In this document: one piece after another, positions 8,492 to 17,340 of the stretch
Layout: every line of letters starts with the position of its first letter
Position numbering within the stretch: the first letter of the stretch is position 1
Assembly (NCBI GenBank): GCA_016933055.1
Contig: JAFGBS010000014.1
Coordinates: 90,001-122,000, forward strand
From: Promethearchaeota archaeon
Lineage (GTDB): Archaea; Asgardarchaeota; Lokiarchaeia; Sigyniarchaeales; Promethearchaeaceae
Reading direction: 5' to 3'
DNA: 32,000 nt
Notes under the pieces: generated by a model
Told to the model about the DNA's origin: nothing
Databases searched by the model: none
Seen by the model: the letters and a program-made list of their open reading frames with translations, nothing else
Made by a program: the position numbers and the translations under genes

Positions 8492-8938
8492 TTAAGATTT
8501 AGTTATCAAATGTTCTTTAGTTGTTTTTTTCTTTCCTTTGGATTTTAGTTTCAATGAATAGACCTTGGATATTTGAAAATTCCCATCGCATTTATCGCAT
8601 GGCATGATGGTCTCTTTAAAGACAAAATCTCCCTCAGCATAATCATGCACACGCTCATATCCGCATTTTTTGCACTTTAGAATGGAAATTGTATGCCGAA
8701 CTTCCTTTTTCTTTTGGGGAACAGGAACCATGACCGAACTAGCCATACACAATAATGTGATGCCAAGAATTAGGTATGTAGTGTTAGTGGTATCTCCTGA
8801 CTGAGAAAATTGGATTAGGACAAATCCACCGCCAAGTAATAAGAATCCTATTATACCCTTAAGGACTGCCTTCCACGATATTTTTCTCTTCAGTTTTTCC
8901 TCCACATCTTCTTCTTCTTCATCTATCATGGTTTTCAT
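8492..8938 (-). CDS. Two-TM membrane protein with C-terminal Zn ribbon
   Basis: Two hydrophobic helices, then CKKC...EGDFVFK...CDKC...I.KVYS. Confidence 0.75.
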   Translation of the reverse strand: MKTMIDEEEEDVEEKLKRKISWKAVLKGIIGFLLLGGGFVLIQFSQSGDTTNTTYLILGITLLCMASSVMVPVPQKKKEVRHTISILKCKKCGYERVHDYAEGDFVFKETIMPCDKCDGNFQISKVYSLKLKSKGKKKTTKEHLITKS

Positions 8939-9092
8939 GTAATTTAAAAGATGATTGTACTTAAGTTTGTCTCTTACGTCCTAAAATTAATTTGGAACGT
9001 TTTAATTAAAATGACAAACTTTTTTTTGAGATACATTTTATCTAAGCGTAGAATATTGATTTTCTTACCAATTTAACCTTAAACTGATTATA

Positions 9093-10223
9093 ATGATACT
9101 GCAAACTGATACTCCATGGTGGACCTATATTATCAATATTTTATGGTTCGTTATGATTTTTATTTCTGTATTCTATGGGACAAAATTACAAGCATATCGT
9201 TCTGCCAGAACAATTAGTGCCGCTTTGGAAGATCTCAAAAAATGGGATTCAGATACCCGTGCTAGAACTATTAAGAAACTTAAACAATTTAGTGATAAAA
9301 ATCTTACAATAAAAGATTTAGAACGAAAATTGGACATGTTTCTAAACTATGTTGCCATCACTCCTACTGATTTAGACCCAGCTGGTATTATCCCGAAAAT
9401 TGAGCAAGTGATGGATGTAAGGGAAGACAGATGGATGGAAGAGGTGAAATCCATAGCAGTGAATGCAGATTCTACTCAATTACATAATCTAGAGAATTTG
9501 TTAGAAGCGGCTCAAGCAGTTAACCAAGTATACCGGATAGTACTTCATTACCTTTTACTTGGTAAGAAAATGAAATCCTATATCCTTTTATTGCAGGTAG
9601 AAATGCAACTAGCTATTATAAAAGCAATGGCCAAAGCATACGTTGCAGCAGCTAGTGCCTTTGAAGAAGGAAGTCCAATAGGGGACGCGTTGGGTCCAAT
9701 GGTAGTGGCAAATTTAATTCGGGATATTACAAAATCCGATTCTACGCCATATGCCGATATTGCATATGAGACCATTTCTCAAGAAGCGCAATTTGAGGGA
9801 AGAAAGGTATTCATCGTACGAGCCAAAGGTCCTGGTGGAACTGTAGGAAAACCAGGAGAAGGTATCAAGAAAATAATTGAGAAAAACCCCAATGAAGTAA
9901 AACTAGTTATAATGATTGATGCAGGATTAAAATTGGAAGGAGATAAAACAGGCTCGGTTGTAATTGGAGTAGGTGCTGCGATTGGAGGAATTGGAGTAGA
10001 GAAATTTAAAATTGAAGCTTCCTCCACTGATAATAAAATACCAATCGATGCAATTATTTGCCGACAATCCCTTAAGGATGCTATTACCACAATGAAAAAC
10101 TCTATCACAAATTCTGTTCCCAAAATAGTAGATATCATCAAAGATACGATTCGGAAAAGAGTGAAAGAAGGAGAAAGTGTGATCGTAGCAGGTATTGGAA
10201 ATACTATAGGAATTGGGATATAA
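9093..10223 (+). CDS. DUF1512-family archaeal membrane-anchored protein
   Basis: N-terminal TM; PIGDALGP, IDAGLKLEG.KTG, GVGAAIGGIGVEKF.IE and GIGNTIGIG match my recollection of DUF1512. Confidence 0.8.
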   Translation: MILQTDTPWWTYIINILWFVMIFISVFYGTKLQAYRSARTISAALEDLKKWDSDTRARTIKKLKQFSDKNLTIKDLERKLDMFLNYVAITPTDLDPAGIIPKIEQVMDVREDRWMEEVKSIAVNADSTQLHNLENLLEAAQAVNQVYRIVLHYLLLGKKMKSYILLLQVEMQLAIIKAMAKAYVAAASAFEEGSPIGDALGPMVVANLIRDITKSDSTPYADIAYETISQEAQFEGRKVFIVRAKGPGGTVGKPGEGIKKIIEKNPNEVKLVIMIDAGLKLEGDKTGSVVIGVGAAIGGIGVEKFKIEASSTDNKIPIDAIICRQSLKDAITTMKNSITNSVPKIVDIIKDTIRKRVKEGESVIVAGIGNTIGIGI

Positions 10224-10233
10224 AAAGAAGTAA

Positions 10234-11139
10234 TTAAAACAAAGTTTTCAATTTATCAATTTTTTCATTAACCTTGAGAAAAATCCGTTCTACATCTACA
10301 TCAAATCTATTCTTTAAGATACTATCTAAGGATGCATAATCGAATTTTATTTTCTTCCCACTTTCCTTCTGAAGTCTTCTCTCCAATTCCTTTCGATTAT
10401 CAATTACCTTACTTTCTACATCATTTTTTAGTAATACACTCAATTCTATGATGTTTACTATAGTATTATGCAGAATTTGCATGATTTCTTCATCACTCTG
10501 CTTATTGAAATCAACCATTTTTAGCAATGATTCCTCAAGGGTAAACCGTTCCATTCGAAATCGTTCTTTAAATATTTCTGGTTGCTTTATGATAGCCGTC
10601 AGGTCTGCGTTAAATAAAAATGCTTGTTTATGCTTGGAACTGTATACTGTTTTTCGAACTGTTCGATTGTATTCCCTCATAGTACACACTACGATTTCTG
10701 GACAATAAATTCCAAATAATTTTTGAAAAAATGGACCTAAATTGTCATGGAGGTATTCTTGTTCCGTTATACAGTATATCTCGTTGTTATTTAAAGCGCT
10801 ACGTAGACTTTTATAAAAAATTTCATCCCCAAAGATGGCTTTTATAATCTGTATAATCCCTTTATCCCCAACCTCTATCCTCTCTTCCAAAGGTTCCTCT
10901 GATGGTGTAAACGTTAATTCATAATCAGAAGTTTCGTATCCCCTCACTATTCCGTTATTGTCAACAAAAATTTGAAATGAATGCTCACAGATAGTATCAA
11001 CTGGACAAAATATCGATGTTAGCCCTTTACCCGTACCCGAAATTGCCATAGCTGGGATAAAAATATAGTCATCAGAATTACATACTGGACATACGACATG
11101 GATCTTTTTTTTCTCTTCTGGAGTAATTTCCCGTTGCAT
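10234..11139 (-). CDS. Hypothetical protein with N-terminal CxxC...CxH Zn-binding module
   Basis: VCPVC...GLTSIFCP..ICEHSFQIFVDNNG.VRGYE.SD module followed by an alpha/beta region; 301 aa uninterrupted ORF. Confidence 0.7.
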   Translation of the reverse strand: MQREITPEEKKKIHVVCPVCNSDDYIFIPAMAISGTGKGLTSIFCPVDTICEHSFQIFVDNNGIVRGYETSDYELTFTPSEEPLEERIEVGDKGIIQIIKAIFGDEIFYKSLRSALNNNEIYCITEQEYLHDNLGPFFQKLFGIYCPEIVVCTMREYNRTVRKTVYSSKHKQAFLFNADLTAIIKQPEIFKERFRMERFTLEESLLKMVDFNKQSDEEIMQILHNTIVNIIELSVLLKNDVESKVIDNRKELERRLQKESGKKIKFDYASLDSILKNRFDVDVERIFLKVNEKIDKLKTLF

Positions 11140-11229
11140 GATTCATCATAATCGATTCTTATAAACATTAATGGATTGTTTTTCCTTTTTATTCTTTGGT
11201 TTCCCGCTTATATAAAAATGAAGGAAGCA

Positions 11230-12720
11230 TCACTTACGAGAAAGGAGATCATGAGCACTAGATTCAATTTTACCAGCATGCGTTATCTTTCGGATGACAA
11301 TTTGCTTAGCCTCTTGAATGGTTCTTGCTCCCCCATATACTAATCCATTTTTCAGCCCTTCACATAACTGATCCAATACACCCTTTACAGATCCTACAAA
11401 GGGAACATAATCTGAAACTCCTTCTGCAAGCTTTTTCACATTAGCATATCGATCGAATGCATAAGGACCGGTGGAACGTGCTTCTTTAGAACCCATCCCT
11501 CGATACACCTTTACCTTTCTACCACCAATAGTATCTATATACCCAGGAGATTCAGTGCAACCCGCAAAGAAATGACCTGACATGGTCACATCAGCCCCTG
11601 CAGCAAACGCTTTTGTTAAATCACCAGAATTGATAAACCCACCATCTGAAATTAAAGCAATTTTTGGATTGTACATTTGAATAGCGTCCGCCACCTCGGC
11701 AGTAGCGAATAAGGTGGGAGCACCAATACCAGTTTGGATGGTCGTTATACAGATACTTCCTGAACCCATCCCAACTTTTAATCCAATCAATTTATCCTCA
11801 GGGAAATCAAATTTCGTTAAAATTCGTTCGGCCGCTTCAAAGGTTCCAATATTCCCCAATACTATTGGAGTTTGAGTAATGTCCATAATCTCCTTAATTC
11901 CAGTTAAGTCATTGGACTTATACACATCCGCGACATCAGTAAAGAATATATCGCATAATTCATCGATTTTTTTAAAGGTTTCTAGATCAAATGGATTTTT
12001 GGGTAAGTTCGGGGATATTCCCAATCCGCATAATAATCTACCTTCCTTATCCTTTGATGCATCGGGAAATTCCGGGCGTAAATCTTTTCGGGTGATCAGT
12101 CCAACCAATTGATTTTGGTCATTCACTAAGGGTAATTTTTCTTTGCGAATTTCATAGAGTTTTTGTTGAGCTTCTTCTCGAGAAATCCCATCCATACTGC
12201 AAATAGGATTTTTTGTCATTATTTCTTCTACTCGATATTTTTGATTCTGATCATAAGGTAGATCCCTAGCAGTAACAATACCGATCACTCTATCATCATC
12301 ATCGAGAACTACTAGTCCACTAACTCCAAATTGGTCCATTTTTTGCTTTACTTGTACATCTGTATCCTTGGGATGAACTGTAGCGACTTCACGCACAATA
12401 AATGATCTTGCTCGTTTTACTTTTTTCACCATCATTAACTGCTTTTCATATGGACAATTCCGATGGATAACCCCCAACCCCCCTAGAAGAGCCATTTGAA
12501 TAGCCATTTCTGTCTCTGTAACGGTATCCATAGCCGCCGAAAAAATCGGAATTTTAAAAGAAAACGGTCCGATCATAGTTTGAATATCAATATCTACCGG
12601 ATCAAAATTTGTAAAACCGGGCACACAAATAATATCGTCAAAAGTTAACGCGTACCCATTTTGAGAATCAACTTTTTTTCGAAAATAATGAGTATCGTTT
12701 GAAAAATTATTCTTTCCCAT
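11230..12720 (-). CDS. guaB: IMP dehydrogenase with CBS pair
   Basis: LTFDD, SAAMDTVTE, GGLGVIHRN, CBS pair, KVGMGSGSICIT (catalytic Cys), DGG, YRGMGS, flap DRY, AEGV, ES.AHD. Confidence 0.93.
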   Translation of the reverse strand: MGKNNFSNDTHYFRKKVDSQNGYALTFDDIICVPGFTNFDPVDIDIQTMIGPFSFKIPIFSAAMDTVTETEMAIQMALLGGLGVIHRNCPYEKQLMMVKKVKRARSFIVREVATVHPKDTDVQVKQKMDQFGVSGLVVLDDDDRVIGIVTARDLPYDQNQKYRVEEIMTKNPICSMDGISREEAQQKLYEIRKEKLPLVNDQNQLVGLITRKDLRPEFPDASKDKEGRLLCGLGISPNLPKNPFDLETFKKIDELCDIFFTDVADVYKSNDLTGIKEIMDITQTPIVLGNIGTFEAAERILTKFDFPEDKLIGLKVGMGSGSICITTIQTGIGAPTLFATAEVADAIQMYNPKIALISDGGFINSGDLTKAFAAGADVTMSGHFFAGCTESPGYIDTIGGRKVKVYRGMGSKEARSTGPYAFDRYANVKKLAEGVSDYVPFVGSVKGVLDQLCEGLKNGLVYGGARTIQEAKQIVIRKITHAGKIESSAHDLLSRK

Positions 12721-12889
12721 GTAAATAGAAAAATTGCAATTTTTATAAATTTTTGGGATAGAAGCCGCGGGAAGGAGGACCCCTCATAGTTATATAAGTT
12801 CTTTAAGAAAGCAAGGACAAGTAAAGAATTAATTAAAAAGGAATGACACCAAATATAGTAATGACAAACAGATCGGGTAACTTCAATTT

Positions 12890-13420
12890 ATGACTGGTAA
12901 ATACCTCTTTAAAATAGTTCTTGCCGGAAGTGGTGGTTGTGGGAAGACCACTCTATTGAATCGTTATACAACAGGTCAATTCAATTCTGATACAAAAATG
13001 ACTATAGGAGTAGACTTTGCAGTGCATTATTTGGAATTATCAGAGGATCTGGGGACCGCTACCCTCCAAATATGGGACTTTGGTGGAGAGGAACGATTTC
13101 GAACCATGTTACCTTCATTTTGTCAAGGCGCATCAGGTGCTTTATTATTTTTTGATTTAGTTAGGACACACACTTTTTACGAATTGGATGAATGGATTAG
13201 CATCATACGTCGAAACACCCAAAATATACCTATTATTTTACTGGGTGCAAAATATGACTTAATTGAAAACCCTCGTGATTTAAATATCGATCCACAACAA
13301 GTGATGTCTTTTATTCGGTTCAATAAAATTAAAGGGTATCTTAGTATTAGTTCTAAAACGGGATATAATGTCAATGAAAGTTTTGATAAACTTGCTGAAT
13401 TAATGATCAAACCGAAATGA
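12890..13420 (+). CDS. Rab-like small GTPase (Ras superfamily, eukaryotic signature protein)
   Basis: FKIVLAGSGGCGKT (G1), TIGVDF (G2), WDFGGEERF (G3), GAKYD (G4 variant), SSKTG (G5); no C-terminal Cys prenylation motif. Confidence 0.92.
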   Translation: MTGKYLFKIVLAGSGGCGKTTLLNRYTTGQFNSDTKMTIGVDFAVHYLELSEDLGTATLQIWDFGGEERFRTMLPSFCQGASGALLFFDLVRTHTFYELDEWISIIRRNTQNIPIILLGAKYDLIENPRDLNIDPQQVMSFIRFNKIKGYLSISSKTGYNVNESFDKLAELMIKPK

Positions 13421-13492
13421 TGACATTCATCAAGGGGAAGGTAGTCTAGCTTGGTATTTTGAATCATATTTTGGATTTAAACCGAAATGATG
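13409..13492 (+). repeat. 14-bp exact direct repeat AAACCGAAATGATG (13409-13422 and 13479-13492)
   Basis: Read directly from the sequence. One copy spans the Rab-like stop codon, the other the tRNA-Pro intron/3'-exon junction. Confidence 0.9.
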
Positions 13493-13539
13493 CTGCGTTC
13501 GGGACGCAGAGGTCGGGAATTCGAATTTCCCCCTTCCCA
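13435..13539 (+). tRNA. tRNA-Pro(CGG) with 31-nt intron at 21/22 (13457-13487)
   Basis: Acceptor GGGAAGG/CCTTCCC+A; anticodon arm CTGCG-TT-CGG-GA-CGCAG; T-arm GGGAA-TTCGAAT-TTCCC. Strict BHB: C13450-G13489, bulge AAT, helix TTGG/CCGA, bulge TAT, 8-bp intron stem. Splicing restores the Pro-typical GGTA|TGAT. Confidence 0.93.
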
Positions 13540-13565
13540 TTTTTACTCACTATTGGTATCCATAT

Positions 13566-14789
13566 TTAGATCGGATTAGGAGAACAATTATTCGAGAAAG
13601 ATGCAATTCCTTTGTAAAAAAAGCACGAGGAGAGACAGACTAGGGTTGATACCCCCATGATTCCAGATTCGGATTGAACCACTAATGGATTACTCATAAT
13701 TTCAATAAAATCTGATTGAGATAACACTTCATCTAATGTTAGATTCATTAAAAGTTCTTCCGTTACATTCTGACGCAATTTTGAATATTGTTTGTCCTGC
13801 AAATATTGTTGCCAAAATTCATTAGTATAAGTATTGGTGTTTACTGCTTGGTTTGGTTGTTTAATGGTAATATTTCCAGGTATTAACTCTAAAGAAATAA
13901 TATCTGATTTATTGGCGAGCATTAGATTCATACTGAGTGTACTTGGTTGTGAAGTGATATAGGTCAAGAATTCTTCAATATTGTCCGCAGAATCAAATGC
14001 TATTCTGGTCCTGAATGCGATCGGAGTATAATAGGAAGCTTTAACAAATGTCTTGACCACATTGATAAAAACGGAGTTTCCCATCGAATTCGTGCCACAA
14101 GGAAGGGAAAGTATCCCGCCGACTTTTAATCCAAATTGTGCTCGTTTCCCTTGAACTCGATGATGTACAAAAACCAGGGTGTGCTTGAAAATATTATTGA
14201 AATCGAAATTTTGACCGACCAATACAGATTCATTAGTTTTATATCCAACAACTGTACAACCGATTTCTATATTCTCATGGTTCGGAGAAGAAATTGTTGC
14301 ATTAGGAAAATACTGTCCATATAATAAATCGATAAAACAATTCTGAAGCAATACGTCTTCATAGGAAATACCTAGTATTACCTGAGAGATTCCTTGCATT
14401 TCTTGGATAAATTCAAGTGGTATAAATGATTCGTACTTTTGTGCTTTTGAGATCATATCAGAATAGCTAAAACCATATTTACAGTTCAGAATACCAAATA
14501 CTTGGAGAATTCGTTTTAAATTAGTGATTTGTGCAGAAAGAAATTTTCCTTCGAGTTTTCCGAGTTCAAATTCGTTTACGGCCTCGAGATATAAATATTT
14601 TAACCCATTATTTTCTATCCATCTTGCATGATTTTGATTCTTCGTGAAATAAGATCGTCTCGTTCCGATCGAAAACATCGAAATTGTAGTAGCAATAAAA
14701 AATAGGGAAAAAATTAACCATATTCCTTTGAATATCAGTCGATTTTTCCATTTACGAAGGCATTTGTTAAATATTATATTTTTCTTCAT
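13566..14789 (-). CDS. C45-family (acyl-CoA:6-APA acyltransferase-like) Ntn hydrolase with N-terminal TM/signal
   Basis: Pro-region ending ...IGCTVVG (Cys nucleophile), LVGQNFD, GTNSMG.SVFIN, N.MLA; hydrophobic N-terminus. Confidence 0.75.
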   Translation of the reverse strand: MKKNIIFNKCLRKWKNRLIFKGIWLIFSLFFIATTISMFSIGTRRSYFTKNQNHARWIENNGLKYLYLEAVNEFELGKLEGKFLSAQITNLKRILQVFGILNCKYGFSYSDMISKAQKYESFIPLEFIQEMQGISQVILGISYEDVLLQNCFIDLLYGQYFPNATISSPNHENIEIGCTVVGYKTNESVLVGQNFDFNNIFKHTLVFVHHRVQGKRAQFGLKVGGILSLPCGTNSMGNSVFINVVKTFVKASYYTPIAFRTRIAFDSADNIEEFLTYITSQPSTLSMNLMLANKSDIISLELIPGNITIKQPNQAVNTNTYTNEFWQQYLQDKQYSKLRQNVTEELLMNLTLDEVLSQSDFIEIMSNPLVVQSESGIMGVSTLVCLSSCFFYKGIASFSNNCSPNPI

Positions 14790-14964
14790 ATCGAGTCGTT
14801 CCGAGAATGTTGCTTTTATTGGAATTTTCCAGAAAACTATAAAAACCTAGTATTTTCTTTACAAATCATTCGAGATATAAACAAGAAGAAAGGGAATGAA
14901 AAAATAGGAGAAAAAGTTGGAATAGTCTTTTTTTACCGTTTAGCTTCGGTAAAAAAAGAATAAA

Positions 14965-17328
14965 CTATTTTTTCTTTTTAGTCATGGATCCAAATTCTGG
15001 ATTCGTAGTTGGATCTGTAACTACGACACGCGGTTTCCAACCTACTGATTTCAGAACAGGTAATACTTTATCTTTCAAACTGGTGGGAACATCCGCCTCA
15101 ACTCTTACAAATTTTGCCAGTTCTTCTGCATCAGGGAATCTGTTTCCATATTTTTCGCATATATCAATATAATGCGCAAGCTTTATGGCACGTCCTTTTA
15201 CTCCATCAGCTGGTCGTATTACCAATTTTGCAAGCATTATCATGCATTCATTCAAATCCTCGGCAGTGACCAATAGATGCTCAGGGGAGGGGGCTTCTGA
15301 AACGGTATCTCCAGTTCTTCCGTCAATAAGATCCCATTTTGAATCTAAATCGTCTCGTCCCAAATACATGCGTCGATATTCCGCAGAGTGGGGACCCACA
15401 ACAACCGGAATTGCCAACCCATTAACATGAGACGCAATCGATGCGGCTTTTTGTGACATTGCACCCCAAGCTAATCCAACTGCTCCTACACGACATAATG
15501 AATAATCTGCAATTTCTTCGAAATTTGCACGTAACGGTCTTCTGGCAAATATATTGGCTACTTTACACACGGCTCCCGTGATATGGGGATTGGATACACA
15601 ACTTCCAATATTCACTAGTCCACCCCTATCAAATGCACCCTCATATTCTTCGTATAAAGAAGAACCATTTGCGGTTTTATACCTTGCAATATCCATTGCA
15701 CCACAACCTGTAGCAACAACAATGTAACCCCTTTGTAGAAATTCTTCTGCAATAAGTGCTACTTCATTTTGTTTTGAGTGATAATTCGCGCAGCCAACGA
15801 TAGCAATGACTCCCGGAATCTCTCCCATTACTAGGGGGGCTCCTACGCTACGAATTTCAGTATCCCGCACAGGTCCACGACCCGCGCGCATCTTAAATTT
15901 CTCTGTAGCAATTCGCAATCGATCCGAGTAAACGATCATATTGAAAGGAGACAGTCCTTGAGAAATACAATCATCTTCGCAACGACCACAATTCAGACAA
16001 TCATCCGCATAGGGGGCAATTTTATCAAATTTACCTTCTTTAGCCCATGACATAATGTCTACGAGAGGTAAATTATTGGGACAATTTCGCTGACAATTTC
16101 CGCATCCAGTACATCTCATGGCATCCGCTATAATCTCTTTTTCATCAGGGAGAAATTTTAAGCTCTTTCGGGATTCATGAACGCGCAATGCTGTCTCTAC
16201 AGCAACTTTACCCACTTTCACTGGATCTAAAATCAGGACTCCAGGAACCTTGTAATCAGCCAGATCATTCACAATATCTTCCACAGGGTCATCTGTACGG
16301 TTGGGTAAACCGAACATACATTTATCATTGGTTGCAATGAACGGTGCTTTTATCTTGATGGACTCTTGATAGGTTTTTAAATTAATGCACTGTTCGTCCA
16401 CCATAATAACATCGGGAACACCCGTTCTAATGTAATTTAATTGCTTGGAAATCGTCCCCACAACTTTTGCTGAATCATAATACCGTGTGAGATCAAGAGC
16501 TGTACAACAAATTGCTCCAATATCGATTTTGTCAGAAATTCCTTTTTTTCGTGCATAATCCACTAATTCAATACAAGGACTTACATTATGACCTATAGCC
16601 AGAATGTTGGGTTTATTTCTATCAATAGTTCCCATTCCAATTTCTACCAATGGTGCATCTGTGTCTCCTTTAGGAAATCCATAGGCTGCAATTTGCACTG
16701 CATCTGAGATCTCCATCCCTACACCATCAGCTAATCCTGCAGCAAAGGATTTCACTTCATAATCAATGTATGCACCTTCTTGACCGGTGTGTCCGGCCGC
16801 AAGAACATGGGTAATTTGGTGTTGTACCCAAGCCATCGCTTCTTTTAGATCAGATAATTTTTTGGGTTTAATACCAGTGATCAATCTTGTGATGGGCATT
16901 TCAACTTCGATTTCTTTCCCAAAATCTAAGGGTACGTCCCCATATTTTTCTAAAAGATAATGTAATAAATGGTCTCCATGGGCTGAGTGACAAGATGCAC
17001 CGATGCAACACGCAATCGAAACAATTTTTGCACAGGCTCCACTGAGATCAATGCCACATGCACCTCGTCTCCCTTTAGATAAATTACATTTACCGTACGT
17101 ACACAATTCACACACATCGTTTATGGGTTCATAAAAAGGAGGATATTTTTTCATCAATCTCATAAACCAATCTCGTAAATCTGCAATACATGGTTGAGGT
17201 GTTGGTCCCATTGGTTCCCATTCGGTTTGGTCTCCCACAAGCTTACCAATCGTCATTTCAAAACCTTTAATTTTACCAAAACGACCGGAATATTGCTCTA
17301 CTGTAATTTTTGTTGAGTTTTCTGTCAT
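14965..17328 (-). CDS. cdhA: CO dehydrogenase/acetyl-CoA synthase complex alpha subunit (archaeal CODH)
   Basis: WEPMGPTP.P, CELCTYGKC...GACG, C-cluster ligands (GHNV, ICCT, DEQC, VGC, TGCG, GSC), two extra CxxCxxCxxxC clusters, RGP..D.EIR.VG; SD GAGGT upstream. Confidence 0.96.
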   Translation of the reverse strand: MTENSTKITVEQYSGRFGKIKGFEMTIGKLVGDQTEWEPMGPTPQPCIADLRDWFMRLMKKYPPFYEPINDVCELCTYGKCNLSKGRRGACGIDLSGACAKIVSIACCIGASCHSAHGDHLLHYLLEKYGDVPLDFGKEIEVEMPITRLITGIKPKKLSDLKEAMAWVQHQITHVLAAGHTGQEGAYIDYEVKSFAAGLADGVGMEISDAVQIAAYGFPKGDTDAPLVEIGMGTIDRNKPNILAIGHNVSPCIELVDYARKKGISDKIDIGAICCTALDLTRYYDSAKVVGTISKQLNYIRTGVPDVIMVDEQCINLKTYQESIKIKAPFIATNDKCMFGLPNRTDDPVEDIVNDLADYKVPGVLILDPVKVGKVAVETALRVHESRKSLKFLPDEKEIIADAMRCTGCGNCQRNCPNNLPLVDIMSWAKEGKFDKIAPYADDCLNCGRCEDDCISQGLSPFNMIVYSDRLRIATEKFKMRAGRGPVRDTEIRSVGAPLVMGEIPGVIAIVGCANYHSKQNEVALIAEEFLQRGYIVVATGCGAMDIARYKTANGSSLYEEYEGAFDRGGLVNIGSCVSNPHITGAVCKVANIFARRPLRANFEEIADYSLCRVGAVGLAWGAMSQKAASIASHVNGLAIPVVVGPHSAEYRRMYLGRDDLDSKWDLIDGRTGDTVSEAPSPEHLLVTAEDLNECMIMLAKLVIRPADGVKGRAIKLAHYIDICEKYGNRFPDAEELAKFVRVEADVPTSLKDKVLPVLKSVGWKPRVVVTDPTTNPEFGSMTKKKK

Positions 17329-17335
17329 TTATTTT

Positions 17336-17340
17336 ACCTC
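17336..17340 (-). promoter_or_regulatory. Shine-Dalgarno-like site (GAGGT) of cdhA
   Basis: Reverse complement reads GAGGT-AAAATAA-ATG. Confidence 0.65.

Noticed and set aside
11900-11960. IMPDH reads DVADVY where DxAHG is usual; considered reassignment as GMP reductase
   Set aside because: The catalytic Cys loop, flap RY dyad and AEGV are IMPDH-type, so this is treated as divergence.
13403-13539. Permuted or split tRNA interpretation of the duplicated 14-mer
   Set aside because: The upstream copy continues ACATTC rather than the anticodon arm CTGCG, so it is not a tRNA 3' half. It is also too short and mis-positioned for an att site.
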